Source of the DNA: an uncultured Prochlorococcus sp.
GTDB lineage: Bacteria > Cyanobacteriota > Cyanobacteriia > PCC-6307 > Cyanobiaceae
Assembly (NCBI GenBank): GCA_902622705.1
Contig: CACNQT010000003.1
Coordinates: forward strand, 36,903-100,902
DNA: 64,000 nucleotides
Reading direction: 5' to 3'
Position numbers and translations under genes: made by a program. Each line of letters starts with the position of its first letter. The first letter of the stretch is position 1. The notes beneath the pieces are model-generated. The model worked only from the letters and a program-made list of their open reading frames with translations, searched no databases and was not told where the DNA came from. Below, in pieces: positions 20,454 to 32,007 of this stretch.

Positions 20454-21584
20454 TCAATTTTCAAAAACTTTATTTTGAAGAACAACTCCTTCATCGCTTA
20501 ATAAACATCCAGAAATGAGTTCATCCTCTTTATCTAATTTAATTACACCATCTTTTATAAAAGGTGTAATCAAAGATGTTAAGTTCTTAGCATAAAGTGA
20601 ACTTGCATCATAAGGAACTGAAGAGGGTAATTCGCCCGCTCCTATAAGTTTTACACCATCTTTAATGATAGTTTCGTTTGATTTTGTACCTTCGCAGTTC
20701 CCTCCCTGAGAAACTGCTAAATCAATAACTACTGCTCCAGGTCTCATTTTTTCAATCATGGTAGAGTCTATTAAAAGAGGAGCTTTTTTACCTAGGACTT
20801 GTGCAGTACATATAGCAACATCTGCTTCAGATAAATATTTAGTTAAAGTAGCCTTCTGTTTTGAGAGAAATTCGGGTGTTACAGCTTTTGCATAACCTCC
20901 AGACTCTCCTGGTTTTTCGTCCACTTCAGGAAGTTCTATAAATCTTGCTCCGAGGGACTCTACTTGTTCTTTAACAGCAGGTCTAATATCAGATACAAAT
21001 ACTATTGCACCAAGTCTTTTTGCTGTCGCAACTGCCTGCAATCCTGCAACTCCTCCTCCTAGTATCACTACTTTGGCAGGTTGGACTGTGCCTGCTGCAG
21101 TCATAAGCATTGGAAAATATCTATCTAACTCACTTGCAGCTAAAAGAACTGCTTTATATCCGGCGATATTGGCCTGAGAAGAAAGAACATCAGAAGATTG
21201 AGCTCTACTAATCCTCGGAAGCAATTCTAGTGATAAAGCTGAAATACTATTACTATTAATAATCCTTAGAAGCTCCTTATTACCGTATGGGTTAAGAAGA
21301 CCAAGGAGAACAGCGCCTTTCTTTAATTTAGTTAAATTATCCTCTGATGGAGTTTGAACACAAAAAATTAAATCCGCTTCACCCCAAATTTTTTGGTCTA
21401 TGTTACTTATTATTATTCCGCCCGATTCCTTATAAGATAAGTCACTAAATCCTGATAATTTTCCTGCTGAACTTTCAATATAAACATCACATCCAAGGCT
21501 TTTTAATTTCTTTACCGCTTCTGGTGTAGCTGAAACTCTCCTTTCACCAGAGCATGTTTCGGAAGGAATAAGTATTTTTGTCAA
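20454..21584 (-). CDS. pntA: NAD(P)+ transhydrogenase alpha subunit part 1
   Basis: PRISRAQSSDVLSSQANIAGYKAV, GGGVAGLQA. Confidence 0.96.
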   Translation of the reverse strand: MTKILIPSETCSGERRVSATPEAVKKLKSLGCDVYIESSAGKLSGFSDLSYKESGGIIISNIDQKIWGEADLIFCVQTPSEDNLTKLKKGAVLLGLLNPYGNKELLRIINSNSISALSLELLPRISRAQSSDVLSSQANIAGYKAVLLAASELDRYFPMLMTAAGTVQPAKVVILGGGVAGLQAVATAKRLGAIVFVSDIRPAVKEQVESLGARFIELPEVDEKPGESGGYAKAVTPEFLSKQKATLTKYLSEADVAICTAQVLGKKAPLLIDSTMIEKMRPGAVVIDLAVSQGGNCEGTKSNETIIKDGVKLIGAGELPSSVPYDASSLYAKNLTSLITPFIKDGVIKLDKEDELISGCLLSDEGVVLQNKVFEN

Positions 21585-21711
21585 TTTATTTATTTTTTTA
21601 ACATACTAAATATAGATTGAAGAAAGTCAAAAGTCTTGGATTTTTGTTAAAAATATATTTTCATTTCTTTAAAAAATAGCTATCTAGAATATATAAATAC
21701 TAAATAATCCA

Positions 21712-22290
21712 ATGAGTATAAAAGCAATCGAATGTCCTGATGGAGTATGTCACAGTCATCATGGTGGTCATGCCGTTCCAAGGCAAGCTATGCAGAGAAA
21801 TTTAGAAAAGCATGGTAAAGACTGGTGTGAGAAATTAGCAGAGAGAATTTATGAAATGTCAGTTGATACTTATTCACAGACAGTCATGCCTAGTCTCCAC
21901 TCGGCAGGTTGGCAGAGAAGACATTTAGATTGGGAATTTAAGCTGGCAGAAAATAATTCTGAACCTGATGAAGCTCTTGTTGAAGGAATTATTAATGCCA
22001 CAGAAAGCTTTCTAAGGAGTAGTGAGGTGCATCGATTATTTATTCAAGAATTAGTCCAGGGCACATTTGAAGAAGCAAATGACAAAAAAATAATTTCTAA
22101 AGCAATAAAATCTATCATTGAAGAAGAAATTGTTAGTTCACTGAGAGAAAAAAAAGAAACTCTTTTAAAGAAAATATCCGCAAAGTTAATATCAGAAGAA
22201 AAAGTTAGCGAGGAACTTGCAATAAATTCAGCCAAAGAGGGTTTTGAGGAAGTTGAAAGGCTACTTGCAAATCATAGCGAGGCTGTTTAA
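21712..22290 (+). CDS. Conserved picocyanobacterial hypothetical protein with N-terminal Cys/His motif
   Basis: 192-aa ORF beginning CPDGVCHSHHGGH, helical remainder. Confidence 0.75.
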   Translation: MSIKAIECPDGVCHSHHGGHAVPRQAMQRNLEKHGKDWCEKLAERIYEMSVDTYSQTVMPSLHSAGWQRRHLDWEFKLAENNSEPDEALVEGIINATESFLRSSEVHRLFIQELVQGTFEEANDKKIISKAIKSIIEEEIVSSLREKKETLLKKISAKLISEEKVSEELAINSAKEGFEEVERLLANHSEAV

Positions 22291-22444
22291 CCCTGTTTCT
22301 TTATATTTTCTTTATAATTTCATTGAAAATTGGCTCAAATATAAATTAAAGATTAAATTATTGTTTGGAAGTACAAAGTTGTAACTTATTAGACAATAAA
22401 TATACCTTTTAATGTGTTTATCTATAAGGAACTTTTAAGTTTCA

Positions 22445-22669
22445 ATGGACAACTTCATAAGAAAAAGAATTGATATCTCTACCTGTTGGGCTACCAATAG
22501 AATTTCTGCAATGGATACTTTAGAAAGATATGAAGACAGTTATGCAATAGCAGAAGAATTTAGAGAGTGGATACTACATATCGGAGAAAAGAACGAAAAT
22601 TTAAAAGATTCTGTTTTAAATTTTCCAAATGAATTAAAAAAATTACTAGACCAAAAAGTCAACGATTAA
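22445..22669 (+). CDS. Small hypothetical protein
   Basis: 74-aa ORF with ATG start and non-random composition (YEDSYAIAEEFREW). Confidence 0.65.
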   Translation: MDNFIRKRIDISTCWATNRISAMDTLERYEDSYAIAEEFREWILHIGEKNENLKDSVLNFPNELKKLLDQKVND

Positions 22670-22748
22670 ATAATAAATCGATCGAGTGGTATCCGCCTTA
22701 CATAATTGGGGTTTATTTATTATTATAAGTAGTGAAATTAGAAAATAA

Positions 22749-24125
22749 ATGGAAAATAAAGAGAAGACTTCAAACGTAGAAAATGTTGTAATTATAGGCT
22801 CGGGACCTGCAGGTTATACAGCTGCAATATACGCAGCAAGAGCCAATCTTCAACCTTTACTCGTAACAGGATTTAATTCTGGTGGAATTCCTGGTGGGCA
22901 ATTAATGACTACAACATTTGTTGAAAATTATCCAGGTTTCCCAGATGGAGTTCTAGGACCTGAATTGATGGATCTAATGAAGGCTCAAGCAGAAAGATGG
23001 GGCACTAATTTATACGAAAGTGATGTTATCTCAATAAATACTGATTCACATCCCTTTGAATTAAAAACTCTTGAAGGGACTATAAAAGCTAACTCAATTA
23101 TTATTGCAACTGGAGCAAGTGCTAATAGATTAGGCGTCATAAATGAAGATAAATTCTGGAGTAAAGGAATAAGTGCTTGTGCAATTTGTGATGGAGCAAC
23201 TCCACAATTCAGAAATGAAGAATTAGCTGTTATAGGAGGAGGCGACTCTGCATGTGAAGAAGCAGCATACCTCACAAAGTATGGCAGCAAAGTGCATTTA
23301 ATTGTTAGATCAGAAAAATTAAGGGCTAGCGCAGCAATGGTTGATAGAGTTAAAGCTAATCCAAAGATAGAAATCCATTGGAGCACAAAAGTTGATAAAG
23401 CTGATGGTTCTGAATGGCTTGAGGAAATAGAAACTATTAACTCTCAAAAGGGTAAAGGAGTAATTAAAATAAAGGGTCTTTTTTACGCAATAGGCCACAC
23501 ACCAAATACGAAGTTCTTAGGAAACAAAATTGATTTAGATAGCAAAGGATATATTGCTTGCAAGTCAGGAAGGCCAGAAACATCTATTGAAGGCATTTTT
23601 GCAGCAGGTGATGTTGTTGACTCTGAGTGGAGACAAGGAGTTACCGCTGCAGGAACTGGATGCATGGCAGCATTAGCTACCGAAAGGTGGTTATCCGAGA
23701 AAAACCTAGCAAAAACTATAGTCAGAGAAACACCCGAACCAGAAAAAAAACTTCATTCGACAGATTTTAATGAAGAAGAAGTTAATGAAGATACTTTCGA
23801 TTCAAACTCTGAATGGCAAAAAGGGAGTTATGCATTAAGGAAACTTTATCACGAGAGTAAAAAACCTATCTTAGTAATTTTTAGTTCCCCAAGCTGCGGC
23901 CCTTGTCACGTTCTAAAACCTCAGTTAAAAAGAGTAATTAAAGAACTTGATGGGGTAGTGCTGGGCGTTGAAATAGATATTGATAAAGATCAGGATATTG
24001 CAAAACAAGCTGGTATTAAAGGCACACCAACAGTTCAACTTTTTAAAGAAAAATTATTAAAAAAACAATGGCAAGGTGTTAAACAAAGAAGTGAGTTTAA
24101 AGAAGCGATAAAAAATATCATATAA
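22749..24125 (+). CDS. trxB: Thioredoxin reductase fused to a C-terminal thioredoxin (NTRC-type)
   Basis: IGSGPAG, CAICDG active site, C-terminal CGPC thioredoxin domain. Confidence 0.95.
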   Translation: MENKEKTSNVENVVIIGSGPAGYTAAIYAARANLQPLLVTGFNSGGIPGGQLMTTTFVENYPGFPDGVLGPELMDLMKAQAERWGTNLYESDVISINTDSHPFELKTLEGTIKANSIIIATGASANRLGVINEDKFWSKGISACAICDGATPQFRNEELAVIGGGDSACEEAAYLTKYGSKVHLIVRSEKLRASAAMVDRVKANPKIEIHWSTKVDKADGSEWLEEIETINSQKGKGVIKIKGLFYAIGHTPNTKFLGNKIDLDSKGYIACKSGRPETSIEGIFAAGDVVDSEWRQGVTAAGTGCMAALATERWLSEKNLAKTIVRETPEPEKKLHSTDFNEEEVNEDTFDSNSEWQKGSYALRKLYHESKKPILVIFSSPSCGPCHVLKPQLKRVIKELDGVVLGVEIDIDKDQDIAKQAGIKGTPTVQLFKEKLLKKQWQGVKQRSEFKEAIKNII

Positions 24126-24131
24126 AACTGT

Positions 24132-24401
24132 TTACTTATTATTCCTCTTAGGATTGTTTTTATTAGTTGTAGGTCTAGCACCCCCGCCTGCATTCCTCTC
24201 TCGATAAGTTATTCTACCTCTAGAAAGATCATAGGGACTTATCTCAACTAACACTTTGTCTCCAGCCAATAATTTAATTCTAAATTTAGTCAATTTACCT
24301 GCTGCTCTGCATAAACATTGATGTCCCTCAGGTTGCTCTAAGGTAACCAAATAAAATCCATTTCCCTGCTCTTTTTCTATTACACCTGAAGTTTCAATCA
24401 T
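24132..24401 (-). CDS. infA: Translation initiation factor IF-1
   Basis: GDKVLVEISPYDLSRGRITYR. Confidence 0.95.
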   Translation of the reverse strand: MIETSGVIEKEQGNGFYLVTLEQPEGHQCLCRAAGKLTKFRIKLLAGDKVLVEISPYDLSRGRITYRERNAGGGARPTTNKNNPKRNNK

Positions 24402-24493
24402 TAATTAAGTTTTTACTAAATTAATAATATCAGAAAAAGATTGGCCAAAATTGATTAAAGAGAATTGCATTCCTAAAAAATATTTAATTTACT

Positions 24494-24706
24494 TTAAATT
24501 GAAAATTTAATTTCATTAATTATTTGAAGTTGACCATAGTAAAAATTGGCTTTCGCAATTTTTTCAGAATCTTCTAATTGATCAAAAAAAACAAATCCAA
24601 GGCTTTCCCATAATGAAGAACCGCAGACATTATTCAGTTCATTTTTTGCTTCTTTTGCAAAATTATCTAATTTTCGTTCAAGATTTTTAGATTTGGAAAC
24701 TGACAT
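24494..24706 (-). CDS. Small hypothetical protein (about 70 aa)
   Basis: Probable start MSVSKSK chosen to avoid overlap with the upstream gene. Confidence 0.6.
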   Translation of the reverse strand: MSVSKSKNLERKLDNFAKEAKNELNNVCGSSLWESLGFVFFDQLEDSEKIAKANFYYGQLQIINEIKFSI

Positions 24707-24758
24707 AGAAGCTAATATATATAGTACAAATATACTATGCAAGTCCAAAATTGCAATA

Positions 24759-25721
24759 TTAAAAAGGTAATCTCTTTTTTTCTTCAATGTTTAGATCTGC
24801 TTCCATTTCCCTTAATCTTTTTAGAATTTGTTGGTAGTACTCTTTAATATAATTCTCTAATGACGTCATATCCTCTTTTTTGAATTCTAATATTTCATAA
24901 GTTTTGCTCATATCTGCATCTAGTGATTCTCCACTACTGGTTACTTCTGCAAAAGCCAATCTTTCAGCAACGTTCAAAGAATCCTGGAAAAAAGAAACTA
25001 ATTTTTGAGTAATATTTATAAGGAAAGGGGAAACTCTAAAAATTTTTGCCTTTTTTTCGCTAAATTTTTCACATAGTGATATGACCTCGTTTGAGTCCCA
25101 AGCGGTTGGGCCAACTAATGGCAGCGTAGTTCTTTTAGTTTTTGGATTATTCACCGCTGCGACAATAACTTTTGCCATATCTTGGGTATTCATATAAGCG
25201 ATTTTGGTTGGGGTCCCACTCATCCATACTGCTTGACTATCTAATATTGGGATTGCAAATTGACCTATAACTCCTTGCATAAAGGCTGCACATTTGAAGA
25301 TTGTATAATCAAGATCAGATTTCTCAAGAAGTTTTTCGGTGCAAAACTTAATATCCATTAATGGAACATTCCTGAATTTCTCTGTTAATAGTATTGAAAG
25401 GAATATCACCCTTTTTATATTTAAAGATTCACAAGCATTAAATAAGTTGAGTTTTCCATCCCAATCTATTTCATAAATACTTTTAGGATCATCAGGTCTA
25501 CTAGTTGCAGCATCAATAACTGCTTCAATGTCTTGCAATGCATATTCAATATCTGAAGGATTTAATATATTACCTTTTGTAAGCTCACAACCCCACTCCT
25601 GTAGAAAAGAAGCTTTTCTTGGGTTTCTAACAAAGCATCTTACTTCATGTCCATCTTCTATGGCTTGCTTTGCTATTTGCCTTCCAAGAGTCCCTGTTGC
25701 TCCTACTAAAAGAATCTTCAT
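24759..25721 (-). CDS. ycf39: NAD(P)H-binding NmrA/Ycf39-family protein
   Basis: MKILLVGATGTLGRQI Rossmann start; cyanobacterial Ycf39-like sequence. Confidence 0.8.
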   Translation of the reverse strand: MKILLVGATGTLGRQIAKQAIEDGHEVRCFVRNPRKASFLQEWGCELTKGNILNPSDIEYALQDIEAVIDAATSRPDDPKSIYEIDWDGKLNLFNACESLNIKRVIFLSILLTEKFRNVPLMDIKFCTEKLLEKSDLDYTIFKCAAFMQGVIGQFAIPILDSQAVWMSGTPTKIAYMNTQDMAKVIVAAVNNPKTKRTTLPLVGPTAWDSNEVISLCEKFSEKKAKIFRVSPFLINITQKLVSFFQDSLNVAERLAFAEVTSSGESLDADMSKTYEILEFKKEDMTSLENYIKEYYQQILKRLREMEADLNIEEKKRLPF

Positions 25722-25778
25722 ATTTAAGATTTGCTTAACCTGTAGACCATAACTCAATTTGTTATGTATTCGTGAGAA

Positions 25779-25877
25779 TCAATCTCCCTGAAACTTTAAT
25801 AATAATGCTCCACCAACCAATCCTATAGGTATCAGTATCCAAAAAACTGCTGCAATACTAAAAATTTCTTTAGCCAT
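25779..25877 (-). CDS. petM: Cytochrome b6f subunit 7 (PetM)
   Basis: Hand-translated [32 protein letters not shown] (32 aa), below the ORF-track cutoff. Confidence 0.93.
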
Positions 25878-25969
25878 AGTAAAACGTAATCGTTAATATA
25901 ATTTACATTCAATATACATTTAATTGTTAAAAAAGTAGATAATGCAAATAACTTGAAAATTTTAACTAT

Positions 25970-26914
25970 ATGAATAGCAACTTTAAAGAAGAAAATATTA
26001 ACTACCCTAATTACTGGAATTGGAATGGTTTTAAGATTTGTTGGAGTGTTACTGGAGAAGAAAATAAAATTCCAATTATCTTTCTACATGGATTCGGTGC
26101 TAGTCGAAAACATTGGAGAAACAATTTAGAGTATTTTGCAAAAAGGGATTGTGCCTCTTATTCTTTGGATTTAATAGGATTTGGCGATTCAGACCAACCT
26201 GGCATAAAACAAATTGAAAAATTAAATAATGAGATTTGGTGCAATCAAGTGAAGGACTTTATTACACAGGTTATAAGACCAAAGAATTCTGGGAAAGTAG
26301 TTCTCATTGGCAATTCTCTTGGATCATTAGTGGCTTTAACATGTGCTGTTTTAATAGAGGACCAAATTGCAACAGTTATTGCATCTCCTTTACCAGATCA
26401 AATTCAGAAAAACGAAAAGAAAGAAAAAGAAAAATCATTATTTAAAAAACTTAAATATGGATGCATAAAAATATTTTTTATATTCTTCCCTTTAGAGATT
26501 ATTCTATTTTTAATTACAAAACTAGGGGTTATAAGGCTAGGCCTAAATTCTGCCTATTTCAAAAAAGATAACATTGATACAGAATTAATTGATTTAGTAA
26601 CAAAACCAGTTCTAAGGAGGTCTGCAGCTAGATCATTAAGAGCAATGTGTATTGGAATGTCTTCAAGAGATGAAATTTTTCAAGCCTCTTACCTTTTAAA
26701 AAAACTAAGTGCCTCAAAAAAAGTCCCTTTATTATTAATTTGGGGAGATAAAGATAATTTCATACCTTTGTTTCTTGGTAAAAAGATTGCAAATTTCTAT
26801 AGATGGGTAAAATTAAAAATAGTATCCAATGCAGGTCATTGCATACATGATGAAGATCCTTCAGTATTCAATAGTATCTCTTATGAATGGATTAGAGATT
26901 TAAAAACCTTTTAA
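25970..26914 (+). CDS. Alpha/beta fold hydrolase
   Basis: LHGFGAS, DLIGFGDS, GNSLG, AGHCIHDE. Confidence 0.9.
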   Translation: MNSNFKEENINYPNYWNWNGFKICWSVTGEENKIPIIFLHGFGASRKHWRNNLEYFAKRDCASYSLDLIGFGDSDQPGIKQIEKLNNEIWCNQVKDFITQVIRPKNSGKVVLIGNSLGSLVALTCAVLIEDQIATVIASPLPDQIQKNEKKEKEKSLFKKLKYGCIKIFFIFFPLEIILFLITKLGVIRLGLNSAYFKKDNIDTELIDLVTKPVLRRSAARSLRAMCIGMSSRDEIFQASYLLKKLSASKKVPLLLIWGDKDNFIPLFLGKKIANFYRWVKLKIVSNAGHCIHDEDPSVFNSISYEWIRDLKTF

Positions 26915-26917
26915 AAT

Positions 26918-27442
26918 ATGAAACATACACTATCAGTTCTTGTTGAAGACGAATCTGGGGCCTTGAGTAGAATTTCGGGTCTCTTTGCTAGAAGAGGATT
27001 TAATATTGATAGCCTAGCAGTAGGTCCTGCAGAATCCAAAGGGATTTCAAGGTTGACAATGGTCGTAGAGGGTGACGATGAAACTCTTCAACAAATGACT
27101 AAGCAACTGAATAAGTTATTTAATGTTCTTGGAGTTGTAGATTTTACTAATCTCGCAGCTGTGGAGAGGGAATTAATGTTACTAAAAGTTTCATCTAAAG
27201 AAGATACTAGAAGTAATATTTTAGATATTGTTCAAATATTCCGTGCAAAAGTTGTTGATGTTTCAGATTTAGCCTTAACTCTCGAAGTGGTTGGAGACCC
27301 CGGGAAGTTAGTTGCTCTAGAGAAGTTGCTCGAACCTTACGGGATTCTTGAGATAGCTAGGACTGGCAAGGTAGCTTTAAAACGCTCTTCAGGAGTTAAT
27401 ACCGAAATGTTGAAAATAAATAAATATTCTCTAGAAATTTAA
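26918..27442 (+). CDS. ilvN: Acetolactate synthase small subunit
   Basis: [36 protein letters not shown]. Confidence 0.96.
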   Translation: MKHTLSVLVEDESGALSRISGLFARRGFNIDSLAVGPAESKGISRLTMVVEGDDETLQQMTKQLNKLFNVLGVVDFTNLAAVERELMLLKVSSKEDTRSNILDIVQIFRAKVVDVSDLALTLEVVGDPGKLVALEKLLEPYGILEIARTGKVALKRSSGVNTEMLKINKYSLEI

Positions 27443-28050
27443 TTTGATATCTTGACTTCCTTGATATAGTCTTCTTTCATGATTTTTTCTAGTATATCTA
27501 TTCCTTTTATAATTTTCCCAAAAATTGAATATCTTCCATCTAATTCAGGAATCTTATTAGTTACAAAAAAAAACTCAGTAGATGAAGAATTATTCTTACC
27601 GCTCTTAACCATAGCGATTGATCCCTTGTTGAAAATATTAACTAAATTTTTAGTCTCATAAGGATCTTTTATTTGATAATTATACCTTGGTTTGATTTCT
27701 TCTTTAAATTTTATTTCTAAAGGTATTGAGGCACTTGTCTTATTTAGAGTTTGATTATGTTCAATATAAAATTTATTTTCTGGATTAACTCCTCCGTGTA
27801 TAAATTTTATTTGGGGATAGTTGATTATTTTATAAAATTTTTTATTTTTATAAATATTATTATTAATATTGTCTATAAAATTTGAGACTGTAACTGGATT
27901 ATCTTTGCCAAATAATCTAACCTCGAAATCACCTTTTGAGGTTTTAAAATAAGCTACTTTATTTTCTTTTTTACAAATTAATTTAAGTTTTTGGCAGTAA
28001 TAATCTGAATCAATCTCATTTTTAAAACTACAAGCTGGTAACAAAAACAA
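27439..28050 (-). CDS. Cyclophilin-type peptidyl-prolyl isomerase (possible lipoprotein)
   Basis: TSKGDF...[25 protein letters not shown]; LLPAC lipobox-like; true start may lie slightly upstream. Confidence 0.85.
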   Translation of the reverse strand: MFLLPACSFKNEIDSDYYCQKLKLICKKENKVAYFKTSKGDFEVRLFGKDNPVTVSNFIDNINNNIYKNKKFYKIINYPQIKFIHGGVNPENKFYIEHNQTLNKTSASIPLEIKFKEEIKPRYNYQIKDPYETKNLVNIFNKGSIAMVKSGKNNSSSTEFFFVTNKIPELDGRYSIFGKIIKGIDILEKIMKEDYIKEVKISN

Positions 28051-28091
28051 AATCTGAATTAAAAATAATGCTTTAAATAGATATTTTTTTT

Positions 28092-28649
28092 TTATTTTAA
28101 ACCCTCCAAATTAACATTCAAAAATTTAGCAAGTCTCGCACCTTCTTCTTCAACTTGAAGAAGTGGTTTAAGTTCACCTGCTCCGCTTAGCGGAAGAGTT
28201 TTTTTTCTACCTTTGAGTACTAAGGCGATTCTCCTTCTAGGATTAAATCCCTCACTTATATCCAACTTAACTGATTTAATTTCATCGAAATTTAATTTGA
28301 CTTCAATATCTTTAAATAATCCTTTTCTTTTTATTTCTACAGATTTTGATGATTTGTCAAAATAATTACTTCCGGAACCGAAATTGATATAGACCAAATA
28401 CCATAAATAAAAATTTAATAAATTTGCTATTACTCCATATGCTCCCATTATTATTCCTTGAGGTATAAACAATAAACTTGAAGGATTTCCTAAAGGTAAT
28501 AAATCCCTTCCCGTGTAGCTAGATAAAGAGGCCAAAAGAAACCCAATTCCTCCTATTGTTAGCATTCCTCCAATAATATAATTTGAAATTTTTCTTGATC
28601 CACCAATTTTTTGTTCGATTTTATCGAAAGACGTGAGGTCTGAGTTCAT
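28092..28649 (-). CDS. ycf4: Photosystem I assembly protein Ycf4
   Basis: GSRKISNY, FIPQGIIMG, LAKFLNV. Confidence 0.95.
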   Translation of the reverse strand: MNSDLTSFDKIEQKIGGSRKISNYIIGGMLTIGGIGFLLASLSSYTGRDLLPLGNPSSLLFIPQGIIMGAYGVIANLLNFYLWYLVYINFGSGSNYFDKSSKSVEIKRKGLFKDIEVKLNFDEIKSVKLDISEGFNPRRRIALVLKGRKKTLPLSGAGELKPLLQVEEEGARLAKFLNVNLEGLK

Positions 28650-28829
28650 TTTTATCTTTTTAGGGCCTAATTCAGATAATTTAACAAACTAAGGGAGTAT
28701 TCTTACCTAATTTTTAATAAAAAAGTCAGGAAAGCTTTACAAGGCATTTCAGATATACAAATATTTCCCCACATTACTCTCAATCTTTGTTACAGTCACT
28801 GCGTATCCCGAAGCTAAAAACGATTTCTC

Positions 28830-29906
28830 ATGACGATCGCAGTTGGTAGCGCCCCACAAAGAGGATGGTTTGATATCCTCGATGATTGGTTGAAGCGCGA
28901 CCGCTTTGTATTTATTGGTTGGTCCGGACTACTTTTACTGCCTTGCGCATATCTTGCCATAGGCGGTTGGTTCGTTGGAACAACATTTGTTACCTCTTGG
29001 TACACACACGGAGTTGCAAGCTCATACCTTGAAGGTTGTAACTTTTTAACAGCAGCTGTAAGTACCCCTGGTGATGCCATGGGACACAGTCTTCTATTTT
29101 TATGGGGTCCTGAAGCCCAAGGTAGTTTCGTAAGATGGCTACAACTTGGTGGTCTTTGGAACTTCGTTGCATTACATGGAGTATTTGGCCTCATTGGTTT
29201 TATGCTTCGTCAGTTTGAAATTGCAGGTCTTGTTGGAATTAGACCATACAACGCACTTGCTTTCTCAGCAGTAATTGCAGTATTCACAAGTATTTTCCTT
29301 ATCTATCCTTTAGGACAGCATAGTTGGTTTTTCGCACCTTCATTCGGTGTTGCAGCAATCTTCCGTTATATCCTGTTCATTCAAGGTTTTCATAACATAA
29401 CCTTAAATCCATTTCATATGATGGGAGTAGCTGGAATCCTGGGTGGTGCTCTACTTTGTGCTATTCATGGAGCTACAGTTCAGAATACTTTGTATGAAGA
29501 TACAAGTATTTATACAGATGGAAAGGTACAAAGTTCAACCTTTAGAGCTTTTGATCCAACTCAAGAAGAAGAAACTTATTCAATGATCACAGCGAATAGA
29601 TTCTGGAGTCAAATCTTTGGTATAGCTTTCTCAAACAAGCGTTTCTTACACTTCTTGATGCTATTTGTACCTGTTATGGGCATGTGGACATCTTCAATTG
29701 GTATTGTCGGATTAGCACTAAACTTAAGAGCTTATGATTTTGTAAGCCAAGAAATACGTGCTGCAGAAGATCCAGAATTTGAAACTTTCTATACAAAAAA
29801 TATACTTTTGAACGAAGGTATGCGAGCATGGATGTCTTCTGTGGATCAACCACACGAAAACTTTGTATTCCCTGAGGAGGTTCTTCCACGTGGAAACGCC
29901 CTTTAA
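28830..29906 (+). CDS. psbD: Photosystem II D2 protein
   Basis: [14 protein letters not shown]...[10 protein letters not shown]. Confidence 0.99.
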   Translation: MTIAVGSAPQRGWFDILDDWLKRDRFVFIGWSGLLLLPCAYLAIGGWFVGTTFVTSWYTHGVASSYLEGCNFLTAAVSTPGDAMGHSLLFLWGPEAQGSFVRWLQLGGLWNFVALHGVFGLIGFMLRQFEIAGLVGIRPYNALAFSAVIAVFTSIFLIYPLGQHSWFFAPSFGVAAIFRYILFIQGFHNITLNPFHMMGVAGILGGALLCAIHGATVQNTLYEDTSIYTDGKVQSSTFRAFDPTQEEETYSMITANRFWSQIFGIAFSNKRFLHFLMLFVPVMGMWTSSIGIVGLALNLRAYDFVSQEIRAAEDPEFETFYTKNILLNEGMRAWMSSVDQPHENFVFPEEVLPRGNAL

Positions 29907-31272
29907 TAATTTATTAAGAGCTCCAAACCAAAGTATTGAAGAAACTGGCTATGCCTGGTACGTAGGTAACGCTAGATTAATCAATTTATCTGGACGTTTA
30001 TTAGGAGCTCACATTGCTCACTCTGGACTTATAGTCTTTTGGGCGGGAGCAATGATGCTCTTTGAGGTTAATCATTTTACTTTTGATAAACCAATGTGGG
30101 AGCAAGGTTTAATCTGTATGCCTCATGTTGCGATGTTTGGCTACGGAATTGGACCTGGTGGTGAAGTTACTGATATCATGCCTTTCTTCCAGGCAGGCGT
30201 GGTTCATTTAATAGCTTCTGCTGTTCTTGGTTTTGGTGGTATTTACCATTCATTAGCAGGACCAGAAAAACTAGAAGAGGATTTTCCTTTTTTCTCTACT
30301 GATTGGAGAGATAAGAATCAAATGACTAATATCCTTGGATATCATTTGATTGTTTTAGGTGTAGGAGCTTTAGCATGGTCAGTAAACTGGTGCTTTATCG
30401 GCGGTGCATACGACACATGGGCACCAGGCGGTGGAGAGGTTAGACTTGTTAATCCAACTTTAGACCCAAGAGTTATTCTTGGTTATCTATTTAGATCTCC
30501 TTGGGGTGGAGCTGGTTCTATAATCGGTGTTAACTCCATTGAAGATATTGTTGGTGGTCATGTTTATGTGGGTATTACTGCAATAATTGGAGGAATATTC
30601 CATATCTTCACCAAACCCTTTGGATGGGCAAGAAGAGCATTCATCTGGAATGGTGAAGGACTATTAAGTTATGCTCTTGGAGGAATTTGTGTAGCAAGTT
30701 TTATTGCTTCAACATTCATCTGGTTTAACAATACTGCTTACCCTTCAGAATTTTACGGTCCAACAAATGCTGAGGCTTCACAGGCTCAAAGTTTTACTTT
30801 CCTTGTGAGAGATCAAAGAATTGGAGCTAACGTAGGTTCAACAATGGGACCAACTGGTCTAGGTAAGTATCTCATGAGATCTCCTACAGGTGAAATTATA
30901 TTTGGTGGTGAAACAATGAGATTTTGGGACTTCCGAGGTCCATGGTTAGAGCCTTTGAGAGGCCCTAACGGATTGAGCCTTGAAAAGATTCAAAATGATA
31001 TTCAGCCTTGGCAAGTAAGAAGAGCGGCTGAATATATGACTCATGCTCCTAACGCTTCTATCAACTCTGTTGGTGGAATCATTACTGAGCCAAATGCCGT
31101 TAACTTCGTTAATTTAAGACAATGGTTAGCTGCAGCTCAATTTTTCCTAGGATGGTTTACATTCATCGGTCATCTTTGGCATGCTGGTCGTGCTAGAGCA
31201 GCCGCTGCTGGTTTCGAAAAAGGAATCGACAGAAAGAGTGAACCAGCTCTAGAGATGCCTGATTTAGATTAA
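29890..31272 (+). CDS. psbC: Photosystem II CP43 protein
   Basis: GTG start overlapping the psbD end; [27 protein letters not shown]. Confidence 0.98.
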   Translation: METPFNNLLRAPNQSIEETGYAWYVGNARLINLSGRLLGAHIAHSGLIVFWAGAMMLFEVNHFTFDKPMWEQGLICMPHVAMFGYGIGPGGEVTDIMPFFQAGVVHLIASAVLGFGGIYHSLAGPEKLEEDFPFFSTDWRDKNQMTNILGYHLIVLGVGALAWSVNWCFIGGAYDTWAPGGGEVRLVNPTLDPRVILGYLFRSPWGGAGSIIGVNSIEDIVGGHVYVGITAIIGGIFHIFTKPFGWARRAFIWNGEGLLSYALGGICVASFIASTFIWFNNTAYPSEFYGPTNAEASQAQSFTFLVRDQRIGANVGSTMGPTGLGKYLMRSPTGEIIFGGETMRFWDFRGPWLEPLRGPNGLSLEKIQNDIQPWQVRRAAEYMTHAPNASINSVGGIITEPNAVNFVNLRQWLAAAQFFLGWFTFIGHLWHAGRARAAAAGFEKGIDRKSEPALEMPDLD

Positions 31273-31284
31273 TTTCTTTATCAT

Positions 31285-31318
31285 AAAAACCCTATCTGAA
31301 AAGATAGGGTTTTTTTTT
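31285..31318. terminator. Intrinsic terminator after psbC (probably bidirectional)
   Basis: AAAAACCCTATCT-GAAA-AGATAGGGTTTTTTTTT hairpin. Confidence 0.9.
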
Positions 31319-31329
31319 GCTCAATTTTA

Positions 31330-31941
31330 CTATCTATACAAACTTTTTCTGAGCCATGGCAAACTTAAACCCATTACATTACTGAAACAACCATCTATTT
31401 GTTCTATATATTTACCGCCTATACCTTCCAAGGCAAATCCTCCGGCGCAATATAAAGGTTCATTTGTATCTACATAACTCTTGATTTCCCAATCTTCCAA
31501 CTTAGAAAAATAAACTCTTGAACTTACTGTTTTTTTTATTATCTTAGTAATTTCAAGAATTTTGGAAGTTGAATCAAGGTTGCCAATTATTAGTGTATGA
31601 CCTGTATGTAAGAATCCAAATTCTCCAGACATTTTTTTCCATCTAATAAATGCCTCCTCTTTATTAAATGGTTTTCCATAAGCTTCTCCTTTAAATTCAA
31701 AAATTGAATCGCACCCAAGTATTTCCAAAGGACCATAATTAAATTCTTCGGGTAATGATATATTTTGAATATTCTCAGATAAACTATTAGCCTTTTGAAA
31801 AGATAATTCCAAAGCTAAATTAATGATATTTTTTTCTTTTACTGAATTTTCATCAAAATCACTTGATATTTGAATAAATTCAATTTGACAGTTTTCAAGT
31901 AATTTCTTTCGGGATTGTGAAGCAGAGGCTAGAATTAACAC
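31330..31941 (-). CDS. maf: Maf-family nucleoside triphosphate pyrophosphatase
   Basis: [29 protein letters not shown]. Confidence 0.92.
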   Translation of the reverse strand: MLILASASQSRKKLLENCQIEFIQISSDFDENSVKEKNIINLALELSFQKANSLSENIQNISLPEEFNYGPLEILGCDSIFEFKGEAYGKPFNKEEAFIRWKKMSGEFGFLHTGHTLIIGNLDSTSKILEITKIIKKTVSSRVYFSKLEDWEIKSYVDTNEPLYCAGGFALEGIGGKYIEQIDGCFSNVMGLSLPWLRKSLYR

Positions 31942-32007
31942 AAATTTTTTATCAAATTATAATTCAATTCACTGATTAATAAATTTCAAAATTAATATAA
32001 ATTACGA

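Noticed and set aside
22749-24125. Thioredoxin reductase-thioredoxin fusion as a novelty
   Set aside because: NTRC-type fusions are well known in cyanobacteria and plastids
28814-29194. 126-aa antisense ORF over psbD (also the shadow ORFs over polA, dxr, trxB, serS, rpsN and others)
   Set aside because: They fully overlap well-conserved genes and are expected by-products of codon bias
29890-29906. psbD/psbC overlap and the insertion in the D2 DE-loop
   Set aside because: Known features of cyanobacterial and Prochlorococcus psbDC
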